The notes under the pieces were generated by a model, which was not told where the DNA came from, made no database searches, and saw only the letters and a list, made by a program, of their open reading frames with translations. Of a stretch of 64,000 nt of DNA, positions 12,447-22,555 are shown piece after piece (position 1 is the first letter of the stretch; every line of letters starts with the position of its first letter). A program made the position numbers and the translations under genes. Origin of the DNA: Amphiscolops sp. MND2022 (lineage: Eukaryota); the NCBI GenBank assembly GCA_964187785.1, contig OZ076409.1, positions 17,114,001 through 17,178,000 of the forward strand, written 5' to 3'.

Positions 12447-15400
12447 ATGACAGAAGAAAGTAAAATTGAAGTACCAAATTTCGAAGCCACATCAGACGGA
12501 AAGAAGATATTCACACCGAAACAATGGCTCGAAAGATTTCGGCAATATGCGAAAAGGAAACATAAAATGGACATCACCGAATTGATACGGGGAGCCGAGA
12601 TGACACAAACCGGTTGGACCGGAAAAGAAGCCGAAATCCAAGAAGACTTCATATGGGGAATTGGCCCCGAAGCTCTATACCAAATGACACGAGCGGAGTA
12701 CAAAACCGAACCAGACAGAATAGCGGTAAAAGATCTAATCCGACTGTTTAACGAATATTTCTTACCAAAACGAAACACATACCATAACCGCGGAGAATTC
12801 TTCTGGACAAAACAGACTGAATCCGAAACACCGGAGGACTTCTGGCGGAGATTAATAGAGATAGAGAAAGAATGTGCATTCGAAGGAATAACAGTCGAAG
12901 ATTTACTCATTTCAAAATTTATGACCGCAATTACGGATACGAAACTCCGAGACAAATTAATGAAAGAGAAGAAACTTGAACTGAAGAAAACAATCGAAAT
13001 GATCAAACAAAACACGTACGAAAGAAAGAATCGGAAAAACACCATACCGGAAGCTTTGATATCAACCCGAGAAAAAGAAGTAAAAGAAGAACCAATACAA
13101 AGAATGGAAAGATCGGACACAAGACCGAAAAACAAATTTATAAACGAAAAACCTTGCAGATTTTGCAACGCACCGAACTGGAATCCAACTCACAAATGTC
13201 CGGCATTAGGAAAACTTTGCAATAACTGCGGAAAGAAAGGACATTTCGCACGCGTATGCAAACAAAGAGAGAACTACAAACGCAAGGTACGTAATGTGAC
13301 CGAAGACGAGTCCGAGATAAATGGAGGAGAATCCGACGAATCAGAAACGAGCATAAACAGAATTGAAAGAATTAACAGAAATACCGACAGAAACAAATAT
13401 CTTACAACAACAGTGAAAGTGAACGGAATTGAAAAAGAATTCATAGTGGATACCGGATCACCGATTTCAATAATGCCCGCAGACGAAAACATAATGAAAC
13501 AAACCGAAATACAGAAAGTCAAACACCGGTATCAAGATGTGAACAGAAATGAAGTAAAATTTTGGGGGAAAATACCGGCGGATGTCGAATACGAAAACAA
13601 CAAACAAAAAATGCAAATACTGATAACGGAACGAAACGACATTACACCACTACTCGGAATGGACTGGATGAAAAAGTTCAAACTAACAATCGGTTATATC
13701 CGAACAGAAGAAAACAATCAATCAGAAAGGAAAAGAGTAATTGAGAAATTCCCAGATTTATTCAAAAACAACACTACAATAAAAGATACCGAGATAAATA
13801 TCCAACAAAAACCGGGACACTATCCGGTGAAACAGAAAGCGAGACCAATCCCACTACACCTACAAGAAGATGTCGGGAAAGAATTGGAAAGATTAATAAA
13901 AACCGGACATCTGGAGAAAGTGAAACACGTGGACGAAGATTGTTTTGTTTCACCGGTAGTAATTACGGTAAAGAACGACAAATCAGTAAAAATTGCACTG
14001 GACTCGAGAAAATTAAATGACAGCTGTATAAAGATTCGACCACACATGCCAAACATGGAAGAACTGCTAAATCAAATTTCGGTAGAGATCACTAGAGACC
14101 GAACAAAAGAATTTATGATGTCAAAAATCGATCTTGATTACGCATACGGCCAAATGAAATTATCAAAAGAAACAAGCCGCCAATGTGTATTCGCAATAAC
14201 CGGAGGGAAATTTAGCGGATACTACCGATTCAAGAAGGGATTTTACGGTCTCGCAGATATACCGACAATCTTCCAAGAGAAAATTGATCGAACTTTAGAA
14301 TACTGCACACCGGCATGGCTAGATGACATAATAGTGGTGACCCGAGGCGATCGGAAAGAACACGAGAAGAAATTATTCGATGTATTAAAGAAATTGGAAG
14401 ACGCGGGTTACCGAGCAAGCGAACGGAAATCCGAATTCTTTCTAAAAAGCACAAAATGGCTGGGACACGAAATTGATGAAACGGGAATAAAACCGAACAA
14501 AGAAAAAGTAAAAGCAATTTTAGAATTGAAACACGCGGAAAATCAAAAGCAACTAAAATCATTCCTCGGCGCATTACAATACCTTGCAAAGTTCTTACCG
14601 AGACTATCGGAAAAAACTGACAGACTCCGAAAACTCCTAAAAAAGGATTCGGTATGGAACTGGGGAAAACAACAAGATGAATATTTCAACAGCATAAAAG
14701 AAATGTTAACCGAAGAACCTTGCCTGGCACATTATGCAAAAGACCGAGAAAATATAGTTACAACCGATGCAAGTAAAACCGGACTTGGCATAACCTTATG
14801 GCAAAAACAATCGGACGGAGAAATAAAACCGATAGCATTCGGTAGCAGATACCTTAACGATAGCAAAAAAAACTACTCAATCGGAGAAGTAGAATTACTC
14901 GCAGTTGTTTGGGGACTAGAAAAGTTCCGATTTTATTTATACGGAAAGAAAGTCTTTTTATACACAGACCACCAAGCACTTGAACCTTTGATTAAAAGAA
15001 ACCGATGCAATAGACAATACAGCGCAAGACTAACAAGATGGTTAGATCGGCTTGCGCACTTTGATATTGCCATTCAACACATTGCAGGAAGTAATCTGAA
15101 ATTTACCGACTTTCTAAGTAGAAATCCGGTAGAAAGCGCATCAAACGAAGACGTATCCGACGAGCAATACGTAATTAATATTCTTTCCGAACACGCCGAA
15201 TTAAACGTTAAATACGGAACGCTGTTCGCCGACCAATCACAAGCCGCACCGGAAAGAAATAAAACAACCGAAGAGCATTCTAACAACCAATCACATCAAA
15301 ATAGAATATTCGAGAATAACCGAGACGTGAACAAAATGAACAAACAAACGAACAGCGCACCAAATAAAAGCCAACGAAAAGCTAAAACGGAAAGTTCAAT

Positions 15401-17138
15401 CCGACATTTAAATTCCAATTCAAATCAAAATTCAAACTTGTTAAACAATTTACCTTTATTTAAGAACGAAATGGACAGAGATTACTTCCATTGGGGCGCG
15501 ACGGCCGAAATCATGGAGATAATCCGAAGACGCAGAAAGAGCCCAGAAACCCTCAGACTCGTAGAAAGACGATTGGAAATTTCCCGACCGGGAACAATGC
15601 GCCGGAAATTCGACATGAACGCGCAAAGGCAGATCTGGGTCCCCTCGAGACCGAACAAAAGAAGTCACCAAGAAATAGCTGAGATAGATGGCGAATTGCT
15701 GACAAGAGCAAATAGATTCGGTGGGGGTTACCAACCATTAGAGGAAAGAATGGAAGAAACCCAAGAGACACCACAACCGGAGATGGCCGAAGAAACCGAA
15801 CAAGAAAGTGAGGGCGAAAGCCAAGTAATCCGGGGCGACAACTTTCCCATCGTAGACCTAAAAGCATACAATACCGATGGGAAAGAGGCCCAATTCATTC
15901 AAATCAACCAAATCATCGAAAAAACAACCGGAAATCAAAAGAACACCGAAGAAACAATTAAAAAAGCTGAATTCAACTTCATGCTCGACCTGAAGACGCT
16001 GATCGCAAAATCATCAACGGACGCCGAACTCAACAGAGTACGGGACGCAATGAGGCGAGGCGAAAAGAATACGGCTCTAGAACACTACCGAGCAAACTTT
16101 GAGAAACTAAACAATAAATGGGGACTGACATTCAACGACGACCGAATTGTTGTACCCGCCGAATTGAGAAAGAAACTGCTAGACACGCTGCATTTCGGAC
16201 ATGCCGGAACTACCAAAATGTCAGCCGAGGCCAAAATCTTCTGGTGGCCAAACATGCAAAAGGAAATAGAAGATAAAACAAAAAACTGTGTGGCCTGCAT
16301 GTCATCGGGTAAGAACTTAAAATACCAACTACCGAAACAAAATTTCGGGAAACTAAAAACACTAACCGAACCGGGACAAGAAATCCAAATTGATTTTCCG
16401 GGAAAACTGAACAATAAAAATTTGAACGGCGACCATCAAATCCTAATCGCAATAGATAGATTCAGCAAATGGCCAACGGCAAAAATTTGTAAATCCTCGG
16501 AAACTAAAGAGGTAATAAACTTTTTGAAACAAAATTTTAATCTGTACGGACTACCAGAGAAAATAAAAACGGACAAAGGTGGAGCGTTCGTTTCAAAAGA
16601 ATACAAAGAATTTTGTAAATCGAAAAACATCGAAATCGAATATAGCACACCGAGAATGCATACCGGCACGGGAGCAGTAGAACGCGCGATACAAACATTG
16701 AAAAACCTCATAATCGCGAACCTAGAGGACAAAACATGCCTAACCGAATGTGTAAATAAAGCATTAAACGTAATGCGATTTACAATACATACGGGATTAA
16801 AAATAACACCGTTTGAATTACATCACGGCCGGAAACCACGAACCGAACTAACGAATATAATAAAAGACGGAAAAACTTTCCTTTCTAAATGGTCGGAACT
16901 AACTGTTTCAGCTAACAATCGACCGAAAATACCGATCTACGTAACCAGAAATGGTGAGGGAGAGGTATCAAACCACCTGATCATGGCCCGAACAAAAACG
17001 GAAGAAAAAGCTATGACCGAAAAATCACCAAAGAAGAAAAATCCGGTTGGTAAATACCCTTTTCAATTCTTCGAAAAAAAAACCATAATAAGAAATCACT
17101 TGAAGGCAGATTTCAAAGAAAATTACAAACGGCAATAA
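12447..17138 (+). CDS. Gag-Pol polyprotein (Zn knuckle, aspartyl protease, RT, RNase H, integrase)
   Basis: CNNCGKKGHFARVC; IVDTGS; AWLDDII; TTDAS and YTDHQAL; HFGH...CVAC; QID, KTDKG, VER integrase triad. A -1 frame continues to the stop at 17629. Confidence 0.95.
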   Translation: MTEESKIEVPNFEATSDGKKIFTPKQWLERFRQYAKRKHKMDITELIRGAEMTQTGWTGKEAEIQEDFIWGIGPEALYQMTRAEYKTEPDRIAVKDLIRLFNEYFLPKRNTYHNRGEFFWTKQTESETPEDFWRRLIEIEKECAFEGITVEDLLISKFMTAITDTKLRDKLMKEKKLELKKTIEMIKQNTYERKNRKNTIPEALISTREKEVKEEPIQRMERSDTRPKNKFINEKPCRFCNAPNWNPTHKCPALGKLCNNCGKKGHFARVCKQRENYKRKVRNVTEDESEINGGESDESETSINRIERINRNTDRNKYLTTTVKVNGIEKEFIVDTGSPISIMPADENIMKQTEIQKVKHRYQDVNRNEVKFWGKIPADVEYENNKQKMQILITERNDITPLLGMDWMKKFKLTIGYIRTEENNQSERKRVIEKFPDLFKNNTTIKDTEINIQQKPGHYPVKQKARPIPLHLQEDVGKELERLIKTGHLEKVKHVDEDCFVSPVVITVKNDKSVKIALDSRKLNDSCIKIRPHMPNMEELLNQISVEITRDRTKEFMMSKIDLDYAYGQMKLSKETSRQCVFAITGGKFSGYYRFKKGFYGLADIPTIFQEKIDRTLEYCTPAWLDDIIVVTRGDRKEHEKKLFDVLKKLEDAGYRASERKSEFFLKSTKWLGHEIDETGIKPNKEKVKAILELKHAENQKQLKSFLGALQYLAKFLPRLSEKTDRLRKLLKKDSVWNWGKQQDEYFNSIKEMLTEEPCLAHYAKDRENIVTTDASKTGLGITLWQKQSDGEIKPIAFGSRYLNDSKKNYSIGEVELLAVVWGLEKFRFYLYGKKVFLYTDHQALEPLIKRNRCNRQYSARLTRWLDRLAHFDIAIQHIAGSNLKFTDFLSRNPVESASNEDVSDEQYVINILSEHAELNVKYGTLFADQSQAAPERNKTTEEHSNNQSHQNRIFENNRDVNKMNKQTNSAPNKSQRKAKTESSIRHLNSNSNQNSNLLNNLPLFKNEMDRDYFHWGATAEIMEIIRRRRKSPETLRLVERRLEISRPGTMRRKFDMNAQRQIWVPSRPNKRSHQEIAEIDGELLTRANRFGGGYQPLEERMEETQETPQPEMAEETEQESEGESQVIRGDNFPIVDLKAYNTDGKEAQFIQINQIIEKTTGNQKNTEETIKKAEFNFMLDLKTLIAKSSTDAELNRVRDAMRRGEKNTALEHYRANFEKLNNKWGLTFNDDRIVVPAELRKKLLDTLHFGHAGTTKMSAEAKIFWWPNMQKEIEDKTKNCVACMSSGKNLKYQLPKQNFGKLKTLTEPGQEIQIDFPGKLNNKNLNGDHQILIAIDRFSKWPTAKICKSSETKEVINFLKQNFNLYGLPEKIKTDKGGAFVSKEYKEFCKSKNIEIEYSTPRMHTGTGAVERAIQTLKNLIIANLEDKTCLTECVNKALNVMRFTIHTGLKITPFELHHGRKPRTELTNIIKDGKTFLSKWSELTVSANNRPKIPIYVTRNGEGEVSNHLIMARTKTEEKAMTEKSPKKKNPVGKYPFQFFEKKTIIRNHLKADFKENYKRQ

Positions 17139-17642
17139 GTGGTACGGAACACACCGTAACCACCGATACCGGAAAAATAATCCACCGAAAATTTATTTCG
17201 GAACCGATTATATTTCAGAAAGACAAGAAGGCAACACCGAAGATCGGAGACAACATCAACCCAAAAAACCGACATTGCCTGAGGGTCGATGGAAAATACA
17301 CCCAGTGGAACGAAATCCTCAGGGATGTATTAAACGGAAAGCTGAAAATCGTACAAAATCAACGGGCTGAATCCGACTCTGAGAGTGAGGAGGGTGAAAT
17401 CGAGGAGGAAGAAAGCGATTTCGAAAACCACGACACCTCAGAGAGGAATGGAAAATACAAACTCGTAACAACATCACCAGAAGATGAATTGAACCTTCAT
17501 ACGGACAGTGAGATAAATCCGGGTATCACCGAGAGATGGAACAGTCGAAAGGAGCCGCCGAAACCACTGACGAAGCCAGCCGACTTCATTCGAGAAAACA
17601 CCCCAACACCGGGAACCTCGAAACAGTAACCGAAAGGAACTT

Positions 17643-17655
17643 AGAAGGGAGGAAA
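17643..17655 (+). promoter_or_regulatory. Polypurine tract
   Basis: AGAAGGGAGGAAA directly before the 3' LTR TG. Confidence 0.9.
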
Positions 17656-17922
17656 TGTTATACGGTACACATACCGAACCGATCCTTTCGGTTGACACTG
17701 TCAATCACAAAACTTTAGATCATTCTCATCATAGACATTTATTTATACATATGCTTACATATTAGTAAACAACATATGTTACTTTGCCTTATATCGAAAT
17801 TGCATCAGTTAGATACTTTTCGTAGCTAGAGAATAGATCGTTTCACTGACAGTATTTATGTTCTGAAAAGATACTTTTAAATAAACTTATTTGTTTTCTT
17901 ATTCAACCAAGAATATAGAACA
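17656..17922 (+). repeat. 3' LTR (267 bp)
   Basis: Direct repeat of 12117-12393, followed by TSD TCAGG. Confidence 0.95.
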
Positions 17923-19644
17923 TCAGGATTGTCCTACTTTCTACATTAAGTTGATCAAATTTTACTTTGGACCCTGAAAATAGATCGAAAACTCAAACAA
18001 CTCAACTATCACATTAGTAGCGTTTTCAAGTTTTCAACCTGGAGATGCAATTGTGAACGAGGGCTCGGTGACGTTTGATTGGTGGTTGGTTTGAGTCAGT
18101 TCTGTGTCGGCGATCCATTCAGAATCAGTTTTGTTTTCCATTTTCATCAACACGTACCAGGAAAGAATCTCAGAAAGAAGACCATAAAGACAAAATACGC
18201 TTAGAATTTTTTCAGCTGTGAATGAATTGAACCAGTTTTACCTTACTCAAAATTCTATATCTTTGAAAGTTGTAAAATTACGGTTTTTAACCACATTTGA
18301 AACTTCCGTGATTTGGAACTTGGAGCTGACCAAATTAAAGAAGCTGGTGATTTATGTTTATATTTATCTAAGGGAAAACGAATTTAAGAGCCCCCATCGC
18401 ATGGAAAAGCAGTTGATTTACATTTATCAAAGATAAACAAAGAAACTTCTTTCTAAGAGCTTTCATTGGCTTTCATGAACAATTTTCGATTTTTATAAAC
18501 CAGGTTCATCAACAAAATGATGAATATTTATTTCTGAAAGAGTGAATGCCATGAAAAACTAATACAAAAATCATCAACTTCCTTCAGATCTGCAAGAATG
18601 ATCTCAACTAATATAAAGGTTTCGTGAGTAAAAATTTATTCAAATATTAAACTATCATTATGAATTAATAACCCCGATCAACCAACTTTTGAATAAATAA
18701 CTTAACCAAGTTGTCATAAAAAAGACACTAAAAACGGTCAACTTACTTTCATTCATAGTACCGACTTTTTCATATGGCTTAAAATTCAATTTAATAGGAA
18801 ATCATAATGGTTTTCAAAAGATTAACATTTAATTTCTCATGAATAATTGAATGTTTTTTTTGAAAATTGAAGTGACACTGTTGAAAAGAAGCATTATCAT
18901 TTCTAGTGCACTTTTTTCATCAGTGTCACTTCAATGTCTTGTGGAAATTGACTTTTCCTGTGGTACCAAAAACATCACCCGGATCCAACGCCACATGCGA
19001 TTTCCATGCAATTCCATGAATGGATCCATTTTTGTTCGCGGAAGGAATCATATGGTTCGAACCATATGATTCCTTCCGCGAACAAAAAGATATGGAAATA
19101 ATGGATGTCATGATTCCATGCATGGAATCGAATGGAAATGAGTTCATCATATGGTTCTATGCGACTGAGATTCTATGTGAATGGAATTGCATCGAAGCCT
19201 CATGGGTTCAGTTCTACGTGGTAACATGAACTTCAGTTCAAAAGTATATTATTCACAACTTATTATCCAGGAAAACAAAAATACAAGACCAAGATCATGA
19301 AAAAGTTCCCGGCATGACTAAAACATAAATCATGGATGAATCATGAATGGAGTTCCATGATTGACAAACACGAGCAGGGTGTGAAATATATATAGGTCTT
19401 GAAATTCTATGAGGATTCAAACTGTTCTCCAAGGTGCTATGCCAAGATGCTCTTGAAGTCATCGAACATTTGGGCCGAAATATCAACATCACTTAAGCAC
19501 ACAAAGTTGTACTATCTTCTTGGACGTGCTTCAAGTGTTAGAAGCATTCAAGAACGCTGCCTGATTTTTTTAAATGAAAAATTTAGGTTCTTCATGGACT
19601 TTTCTGACAGTTGCTCTGTCGTTTCGCTGCAGTTTTAAATACTC

Positions 19645-19751
19645 ACGGGGAGCATGGCGTAAACGGGGAGCATGGCGTAAACGGGGAGCATGGCGTAAAC
19701 GGGGAGCATGGCGTAAACGGGGAGCATGGCGTAAACGGGGAGCATGGCGTA
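19645..19751 (+). repeat. Six tandem copies of the 18-bp unit ACGGGGAGCATGGCGTAA
   Basis: Directly visible; the last copy runs into the SINE A-box. Confidence 0.95.
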
Positions 19752-19990
19752 GTGGTTGGAGCATTCGGCCTATACTGGGGCGGTATCAGGTTCGAATCTC
19801 TCTCAACTCACCATTGTTGGGCCTTGAGCAAGTCTTTCATCCCTAGCTTAGTGGTATGGTCAGTGACAAAAAATAACGCATTTGGCGGAGAAAAGCAAAA
19901 CAAAAAGAGCAACGGTGAGCAGTCAGACCTTTGTGACCTTGAGCAAGTCACTCTGAAACCACAGCTTCAAGTCCACCATTGCTTGACCAC
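19735..19990 (+). mobile_element. tRNA-derived SINE
   Basis: A-box TGGCGTAGTGG (19745-19755), B-box GGTTCGAATCT (19789-19799), then CCTTGAGCAAGTC twice (~19822, ~19937), a motif typical of SINE central domains. The 3' end is approximate. Confidence 0.7.
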
Positions 19991-20818
19991 TTGGCTGCAA
20001 ATATGGTACCATAGCTTGCTATGGGGTGATAGTATCCGAAAGGGCGCCGACTTAGAAAAGCAGAACTGCTTATCGGCGTCCACTCCGCGGAATTGGGGAA
20101 ATAAACTTTCTTCTTCTTCTCACTACAATCAATGCACTTTTAAGTGCGCGTTTCTGGGGCTCTGAGTGGGCAAAATACTTCCGAATTGATTCTCTGCTGA
20201 AGATCAACCACCAATACCTAAAAATGATCTCGAAAAGAAACCCAATGAACAGTGGTATTTTTTTGTGAATTTTTGAAGGATTTGAAAGAGAAGCTGAACA
20301 ATGTACTCCTTTGGATGCTTCTCTTTGTAGCAAGATCTCTAATTCAATTTTTCTTCAATTTTCAATTTATACAGCTAGAAAGAAAAGTTTAGTGAGCTCT
20401 AGAAATACGTTATAACACCTTCTTCAAGCCACACTTACTGAAATAATTATCAAAACATGACTTTCATTATTTTTCGCTCCCTTTTATTTTCCACAGAATA
20501 GAAATTCACCACATGATCTGCCTTTTAACCCTAATTTTGCAACGTTCCTATTTTATAATCAAACCAGGTTCTTACACACAGGTCAACTAAAAAATAGGAA
20601 AAATTGCAAATAAAATTTTATGTTTTCAATTTTCATGCAATTTGTGAATGTAGGTGTAGGGTTGAACATCCACATAGTTCACGACAGTCAGCCATATGGG
20701 AAACAAGACGGGAACGTCTAAAGTCTGCGCTATATCTAAGGCTCAAAAAGCTCAAAATACTTTTTTTGAAAAAATAACGTGAAATTTTTGAATTTTTTTC
20801 TTTCAGAAAATGTCGCAT

Positions 20819-22555
20819 TGTCGCAGGCTGCCGCTTGCGATGGGACACGTATCACAACGACTACTAACGAACAAGAAGCCGTACCAGGTACTCTACCCAC
20901 ATTTTAGGAGAATTATTCAAAACTTTTAGTAAAACTCACTGTTGTTGTATTATATTCATTATGTATTCGGATTGAATATTAGTCTGATTAATACTCGTGT
21001 TAGAATTCAAACGGTGATGATTATGTTTATATGATGAATTGTTTAGCAGTGACGTAATGCAATAAAGGCAAGTGTAAAGCTTAAAGGAAACGAGTTCAAG
21101 TGAACGAAACTCTAATTCCGGAGACGTCACTTGAGCTCATTTCATTAGCCAATCAGAACGCTCTATCCTGCTGTGCATTATACTGTCATATTTGTTTGGC
21201 CGTATACGGCCACTTGACGCTATACTTTATTTTGTAAGCGATCCAAAGGCAAATGGCCGGATTAGGCCATTCCAACTATTAGCTTGTGTAATTGTTTAAT
21301 TTGAGTATGCACGTTATTTAAAGTCATGTAAGATTATGTTCGTATTTAGAAGGCGCTAATGGGGCCATTTAAACCCAATTGATGCAGTTGTGACCACCAG
21401 TCATGAAACACTAAATACTAGTCCAGTGGACTAAACCGGTCACTTTAATTGGCTGGTATCTTTGTCAAATGGCCGAATTGGGCCATGTTCACCTTTTATT
21501 AGTGCATATAATTAGAGTTGCTATCTGATGAATTAGCTTGCGTGTGCAGGCACGTGCCTTAAATACCTCACATACCTGTTGACACAAATATTACTTTGAA
21601 GTGTCTGAACATGTATTTGCCTTGATGTTAATTGTTACAGGAATGCGGACTAAACCGTCCCCTGTACTTTGAAGCTATCATGAGTATGTAATTGAGTACA
21701 TTCCTCAGAAATTCTTCCGACCCTAAATTCCTGAATCACTTTGATGCAATAGCTATTTTTCAATCCTCGTAAAATCTCATGATCCTTTAAAATATGTAAA
21801 CATTTCAATAATATGTGGAAAATGTGAGTGTCATAACTCAGGAGGTGTATATATTCACCCCCCTCCTGAGGGGACACAATTTGCTTTCTTTCACAACGTT
21901 CAGTTCATTAATATTACCAGTTTTCCGAACTAATTCAATATTAACCTCGGACTTTCTTTCTAAATGCCTACTACTAGGAAACAGAAGAAAGCAAGGAAAT
22001 CTAGAGAAGCAGAAATGCTATCAGACATTGAGAATTTGGATATTATGCTCGGAGGAAATCACTTTGATAGAAATGAGAGAAGTGAAAGTGTGAATAGTAA
22101 TCAGGCCGGTAGGCCAGAAAGCTTATTTGGAGATGAATTTGGAGATGAGAATGAGAATGAGTTCCCAAACCCGGGAAATAATGGACCTAGCCCAAATACC
22201 GAATTAGGCCAAAATTCAATCAGAGAGAGTTCAAGTGTTGAGATCAATAGACTGTCGAGTGAGTTAAATTCCCGTATATCTCGAGAGATGGATGAAATGA
22301 TGAATAGCGTCAGTGTTCAGATTCAAAGGGCCATAAATGAGGCAATCAGTAGTCAAATTTTGCCTCAAATCCAAAATTCAGTTATGGCCGGGTCGGGACA
22401 GTTGACCAAAGAGAGATGGAACGTTCCGGCTGAGAGACCAGAAGGATATTCCGAAGTGCTGCAGAACTTAGAACCTAGGAACAATTCTAAGAGTAAGCAG
22501 GCCAATGACCGTCTCAAAGACGGATTCACAAGCACGAATTCTCGTGCTTACGACA
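20819..22555 (+). repeat. 5' LTR (1,737 bp)
   Basis: Direct repeat of 35279-37016; ends CGACA followed by TGG. Confidence 0.95.

Larger units (their letters stand above)
12117..17922 (+). mobile_element. Structurally complete Ty3/gypsy LTR retrotransposon (5.8 kb)
   Basis: LTRs 12117-12393 and 17656-17922 with TGTT...AACA ends; 5-bp TSD TCAGG (12112-12116 and 17923-17927); PBS, PPT and a gag-pol ORF in PR-RT-RH-IN order. Confidence 0.97.

Noticed and set aside
12416..13168. 250-aa antisense ORF and other short ORFs overlapping gag/pol and ASXL
   Set aside because: These are shadow frames of strongly biased coding sequence, with no motifs.
19645..19751. CRISPR-like array, or GEHGVN/RHAPRL repeat protein ORFs
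   Set aside because: The units are contiguous with no spacers, the context is eukaryotic, and the ORFs are by-products of an 18-bp repeat.
19735..19810. Functional tRNA gene
   Set aside because: A and B boxes are present, but there is no convincing cloverleaf and it continues into a SINE-like body.
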